Assembly: GCA_030390025.1 (NCBI GenBank)
Contig: CM059432.1
Location: 120,406,001-120,470,000 of the forward strand
Length of the DNA: 64,000 nucleotides
Direction: 5' to 3'
From: Squalus acanthias
Taxonomy: Eukaryota
Shown here: positions 58,903 to 64,000 of the stretch, in pieces
Layout: every line of letters starts with the position of its first letter
How positions within the stretch are numbered: position 1 is the stretch's first letter
Notes under the pieces: generated by a model
Seen by the model: the letters and a program-made list of their open reading frames with translations, nothing else
What the model was told of the DNA's origin: nothing
Database searches by the model: none
Position numbers and translations under genes: made by a program

Positions 58903-61269
58903 ATGCTTTGAGGTGATTGTTTATTCATCTTAGTAATACTGGAATGTGTGACCAGAAGAGAGAGAAAAAAGGGGAATGCTACTGCTATGAGTGTGATAAC
59001 AATCTGAAGTAGTTGGATTGTAATACAGAATTGTTTCACAGAATGTTTATAGTGGTGTTTGGCAAAAGTTTTTTTAAATTTACTTGAAAGCTGCATGAAG
59101 CTGTGCGACACAGGCAGACATTGATTGATGATGTCTCAGTTTGTCTTCTTTTCAAATGCAAAAAAAGAAGTTAACTCTTTTCACAAGCAGCTGTGTGTTT
59201 TTTTGTTACTTTCTGGTATCAAATTAATTCTGTTTTTAATTCACTGAGCAACAAATTTGCATTACTGAATGTAAACATTTTAGGCACTTTTATATTTTAA
59301 GTTTCTTAATTGGAGTGGCTATTTCCCCACACTGACAGAAGGGAATCAGGAATTGGTGAATTAACCCATTGGGCTAGTAGGAAAGCCACAATGGATTGTC
59401 TGTTTTTTTCTTTTCAGCAGAGGGCTGTATGAGTATTGATGGTGCAAGATTACCAAGAGAGGTTCTTTAATATAGAAATTACTTCAAAATGTACAGAGCT
59501 TTAACTTTGCTGGAAAAGTGCTGGGGGAACTCCAGTAACATTCAGAATTTAAGTTCTTATCTGCAGACATTGATGGATCTTGAATGATGCAGGGTGGTGA
59601 CAAAATTGTACTTAAGACTTTAACCTATTTGGATCGTTTGTTATCTTCCAAGACACATTGCTCGAGGCGGAAGATAAAAGACTTACACCCAAATGCAATA
59701 CTTTTGTCTTCTTTGTAACACCATCAAGCCGGGGCATAATTTGTTTGTGAAATTAAAATTGATTTGATAAATTGATATGAGTTGCTGTGCAAGCACTCCA
59801 GAATGGAAATGTATCTGAAATTAAGGAGATAATCAAATTTTGGTTTTGAAATTGTCCAGTCTACATGGTTCCGTCCAAACTATGTATTAAAAAATAAGTT
59901 TTTTGCGGGGAGACTGTTGTGTCAAAGGTAACTAACATCCCTCATCTTGCTAACTGAATTGCTCTCTAGCATATTTTAGGGAATAAAAAGTCCAATAAGA
60001 GTTTAAGTAGAATGAACAAAAATGTGTTGATAACTTGGATTGATTTGAGAACTTTGTTAAATGGTAATGATCATATTATATTGGACATTGAAGTTTCTCC
60101 AGGGCGCTTGAATGAGGTGAAATGGTAATATAATGGGAATTTTTCTAAAATCATTTTCCTAGGTGATTATGGTTGAATTTCAGAAACTCTAACAGGGATT
60201 TGGAAAAGATGTGTGAGTGCATCCCTGAGTAACACGATACCTGAAAAGAATTAAATTTGGTATTGAGGTACATTCTATTGAAAGTCAGGAATGTGTAGGT
60301 GAGAAACATTAATTGCAAGGTTTCTCTTTGTGATGTTTGTGTCTTTGTCTATACTGAACAATGAAGAAAACGTATTTGATAGCCTGGCCACTACATGATA
60401 TTGGGACCATGCAGGGAGAGATTAGAAAAGACCTCCGATCTTTTGATAAGATAATTTAAAAGCCCAGAAATGGCTTGTATCTGATGTCAAGTGTGGTATG
60501 ATATTGGGATACTGGTATGTATGCCAATGTGATATGTTGCACATGAGACAACTAGCATGCAGAAATACATGGTGAAGATGCACTGAAGAACGGGTCTCAG
60601 ACATGCTCAGTTACTTGACAATAGCACGATATGAAATGGTTAATGTGGCTCATTAATCAAGACACTGACATATGCTCCATAGCAAAACACATTTTTTAAT
60701 GAAACAATGTGGAGTTAAACGTATTGGTAACTATCAGAGGGATTAAAAGTAAAGAGGGCCATAGGATTTGGTTTATATACTCCATTACAAAGCCTCATGC
60801 TTACTTGAAACGTGATGTTGTGAACCAGAGGAGAAAGGAGGTTGATTGCTAAAAGAAACATTGTTTCAAAGGAAAAAAGATGGAATAATAGTTCCTACCC
60901 TGCAGATTCAGGCACTTGGCACCTCCAGGAGCATCAGCAAGGGACATCTCCTCAGTGCGGTCCTAAATGCAGCTTTTGGTTCTCCCAGGAGTGTCATAGC
61001 GGTGGCAATTTGTCCCTTTGGTTCCGATCCCCATGCGTAGGTTCTGCTTAAATTCTCCATTCGTGCGATCATCTGGACAGAACCTTAAAGCGGAACTTCC
61101 ATGACCTTTTTTTAATTCATTCTTGGGATAGGGGCAGTGCTAGCAAGGCCAGCATTTTTTGACAATCCCTAATTGCCCTTGAGAAGGTTGTGCTGAACTG
61201 CTGCAGTCCATGTAGTGTAAGTACTCCCACAGTGCTGTTAGGTAGGGCGTTCCACGTTTTTGACCCTTA

Positions 61270-62570
61270 GATTGGACCGCAGATGAGGAGCAATGTGACC
61301 AGCACCACAAGCACCAGCAGTCTGCTGGTCACAGACTTGTAGCTGCACAGGAGAGAGGACACCAGCAGAGAGGGGACCAGCAGAAAGTGCAGCAGCAGAG
61401 AGAGGACCAGCAGAGAGAGGACCAGCAGAGAGGGCAGCAGCAGAGAGGGGACCAGCAGAGAGGGCATCAGCAGAGAGGGGACCAGCAGAGAGGGGACCAG
61501 CAGAGAGAGGACCAGCAGAGAGAGGACCGGCAGAGAGGGCAGCAGCAGAGAGGGGACCAGCAGAGAGGGCAGCAGCAGAGAGGGGACCAGCAGAGAGGGC
61601 AGCAGCAGAGAGGGCAGCAGCAGAGAGAGGACCAGCAGAGAGGGGACCAGCAGAGAGAGGACCAGCAGAGAGGGCAGCAGCAGAGAGGGCAGCAGCAGAG
61701 AGAGGACCAGCAGAGAGGGGACCAGCAGAGAGGGCAGCAGCAGAGAGAGGACCAGCAGAGAGAGGACCAGCAGAGAGGGGACCAGCAGAGAGAGGACCAG
61801 CAGAGAGGGGACCAGCAGAGAGGGGACCAGCAGAGAGAGGACCAGCAGAGAGGGGACCAGCAGAGAGAGGACCAGCAGAGAGGGGACCAGCAGAGAGGGG
61901 ACTAGCAGAGAAAGGACCAGCAGAGAGGGCAGCAGCAGAGAGGGGACCAGCAGAGAGAGGACCAGCAGAGAGGGCAGCAGCTCGCAGGAGGCTCAGGATG
62001 TCACATCAGGTGATGGCAGACATCTGTACTCAGGCTGGCATCTCTGGCTGGCTTTCCATAGGTGCAGGGCATCATCGACTGCACACACGTGGCAATCAGG
62101 GCACCCGCAGATCACCCAGGAGTATTCGGAAACCGCAAGGGCTTTCACTGGTGTGCAACCACAGAAAGATATTTCTGCAGGTGTGCACAAGATTCCCGGG
62201 GAGCTGCCATGATGCTTTCGTCCTGCGGCACTCCAAGCTCCCTGACATCTTTGGACCTACAAACACATCTGTGTCCAGCTGAGCAGAGCTTAGAGAGGAC
62301 TGCGCCCTCCAACATGAACTCTCCACTGTTGTTCCTGCCACCACCGTCTGCTCTTGCTCACTTGTGAAGTGTGAGTCACCAGGTAAAAACCCAACTATCT
62401 GTCTAACTTACCCCACCGAAGTGTGAGTGTCTGAGCTGGTGCATGGTCTGCATGAGTCCTGTGATGGTGCACCCTCAGAAGGATTCAGCTCCTCTGAGGA
62501 ATCGTCGCCCGCGATCTCCAGCAATGCTGCATGCATGAAAGCCCAGTCAGAGATAAAAGACATGAATTAG
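61270..62570 (+). mobile_element. Deleted Harbinger transposase remnant containing a minisatellite
   Basis: [35 protein letters not shown]. Confidence 0.8.
61352..61980 (+). repeat. 15-bp minisatellite, about 41 units (cagcagagagaggac / cagcagagaggggac / cagcagagagggcag)
   Basis: Directly visible tandem array. Confidence 0.97.
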
Positions 62571-62572
62571 TC

Positions 62573-64000
62573 CTGAAATAACAACAGAAAATGCTGGAAA
62601 CACTCAGCAGGTCAGGCCGCATCCATGGAGAGAGAAACAGAGTCAACGTTTCAGGTCTGTGACCCTTCGTCAGAACTGGAAAAGGTTAGAGATGTAACAG
62701 GATTTAAGCAGGTACAGAGGCAGGGAAAGGGGGGAGGGTAGGAATGAACAAAAGGGACGGTCTGTGATAGGCTGGAAGGCAGGAGTGGTTAAATGTTGCA
62801 AATGGGGATGGCAGAATCATCAACAGCTGCCGCCTGAAAAAATAGGTGTAGAGGTTATAGTCTGAAATTGTTGAACTCAATGTTGAGTCCAGAAGGCTGT
62901 AAAGTGCCTAATAGAAAGATGAGGTGCTGTTCCTCGAGATACGTTGAGCTTCATTGGAACAGTGTAAGAGGCCTGAGGACAGAGAGGTCAGAGGGGGAGT
63001 GGAGCAGAGAATTAAGGTGACAGGCAACCAGAAGCTCGGGGTCACCCTTACGGACTGAACAGAGGTATTCTGCAAAGCGGTCACCCAATCTGCATTTGGT
63101 CTCCCCAATGTAGAGTAGACCGCATCGTGAGCAGCGAATACAGTAAACTAAATTGCAAGAAGTACAAGTAAATCGCTGTTTCACCTGGAAGGAGTATTTG
63201 GGGCTCTGGACAGTGGGAAGTGAGGAGGTAAAAGGGCAGGTGTTGCATCTCCTGCGGCTGCACAGGAAGGCACCATGGGGAGGGGAGGGGCTGTTGGGGG
63301 TGATTGAGGAGTGAACCAGCGTGTTGCGGAGGGAGCGGTCCCTTCGGAATGCTGAAAGGGGAGGGGAGGGGAAGATGCGTTTGGTGGTGGGATCACGCTG
63401 GAGGTGGCAGAAATGGCGGAGGATGATCCGTTGAATGTGGAGGTTGGTGGGGTGAAAGGTGAGGACAAGGGGAACCCTATTGTGGTTCTGGGAGGGAGGG
63501 GATGGGGTGAAAGCAGAATTGCGGGAAATGGAACGGACACGTGATGTCAACCACGATAGAGGGGAATCCTCAGTTGAGGACAAAGGAAGACATATCGGAA
63601 GCATTAATATGGAAGGTGGCATCATCAGAACAGATGCGGCGGAGACGAAGAAACTGGGAGAATGGAATAGAGTCCTTGCTGGAAGCGGGGTGGGAGGAAA
63701 TGTAGTCCAGGTAGCTGTGGGAGTTAGTGGGCTAATAGTGGATGTTTGTCGATAGCCTATCCCAGAGATGGAGACAGAGAAGTCGAGGAAGGGAAGGGAA
63801 GAGTCGGAGATGGACCATGTGAAGGTGAGGGAAGGGTGGAAATTGAAAGCAAAGTGAATGACATTTTCTTATTCAGGGTGAGAGCAGGAAACGGCACCAA
63901 TACAGTCATCAATGTACCTGGAAAAAGAGGTGAGGGAGGGGACCTGAATAGGACTGGAACGAAGAATGTTTCACATATCCCATGAAAAGGCAGGCATAGC
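62573..64000 (-). mobile_element. Penelope-like retroelement, 3' portion (RT end, GIY-YIG endonuclease, pLTR)
   Basis: RVPLVLTFHP, AFRRDRSLRNTLV, C..RRCNTC, FTCTSCNLVYCIRCSRCGLLYIGETK.RL..RF.E; frameshifts; runs off window. Confidence 0.93.
62641..62677 (-). ncRNA. Minimal type I hammerhead ribozyme motif in Penelope pLTR
   Basis: AGUU CUGACGA A GGGUC ACA GACCU GAAA CGUU GACU. Confidence 0.75.

Larger units (their letters stand above)
53057..60854 (+). mobile_element. Degenerate LTR element/endogenous retrovirus with nested Harbinger and RTE
   Basis: 5' LTR plus PBS; 3' LTR remnant 60792-60854 matches 53663-53725 at 54/63 positions; decayed coding remnants between. Confidence 0.7.

Noticed and set aside
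61387..61905. 172-aa ORF with many RGD motifs as an adhesion protein
   Set aside because: It is the translation of a 15-bp minisatellite inside a dead transposase, with a GTG start and no signal peptide.

Overview
Eukaryotic, vertebrate genomic DNA, most likely a shark or other cartilaginous fish (inferred from the SacSINE1/DeuSINE-like SINEs and the CR1 and Penelope families). It is almost entirely nested transposable elements, and no host gene can be named. Contents: the 3' end of a Gypsy LTR retrotransposon; three near-complete PIF/Harbinger transposons (spliced Myb/SANT gene and convergent DDE transposase) plus many deletion derivatives and MITEs with 3-bp TSDs; a full-length CR1 LINE whose 941-aa ORF2 is still open and gets an in-frame ATG from an inserted MITE; many truncated CR1, L2 and RTE copies; tRNA-derived SINEs; Penelope-like elements carrying four minimal hammerhead ribozyme motifs; and a degenerate, apparently pol-less LTR element with a tRNA-His-like PBS and gag-like and env-like remnants. 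Most short ORFs in the supplied track are antisense or alternative-frame artefacts. All family assignments come from motif recognition by eye, not database searches.
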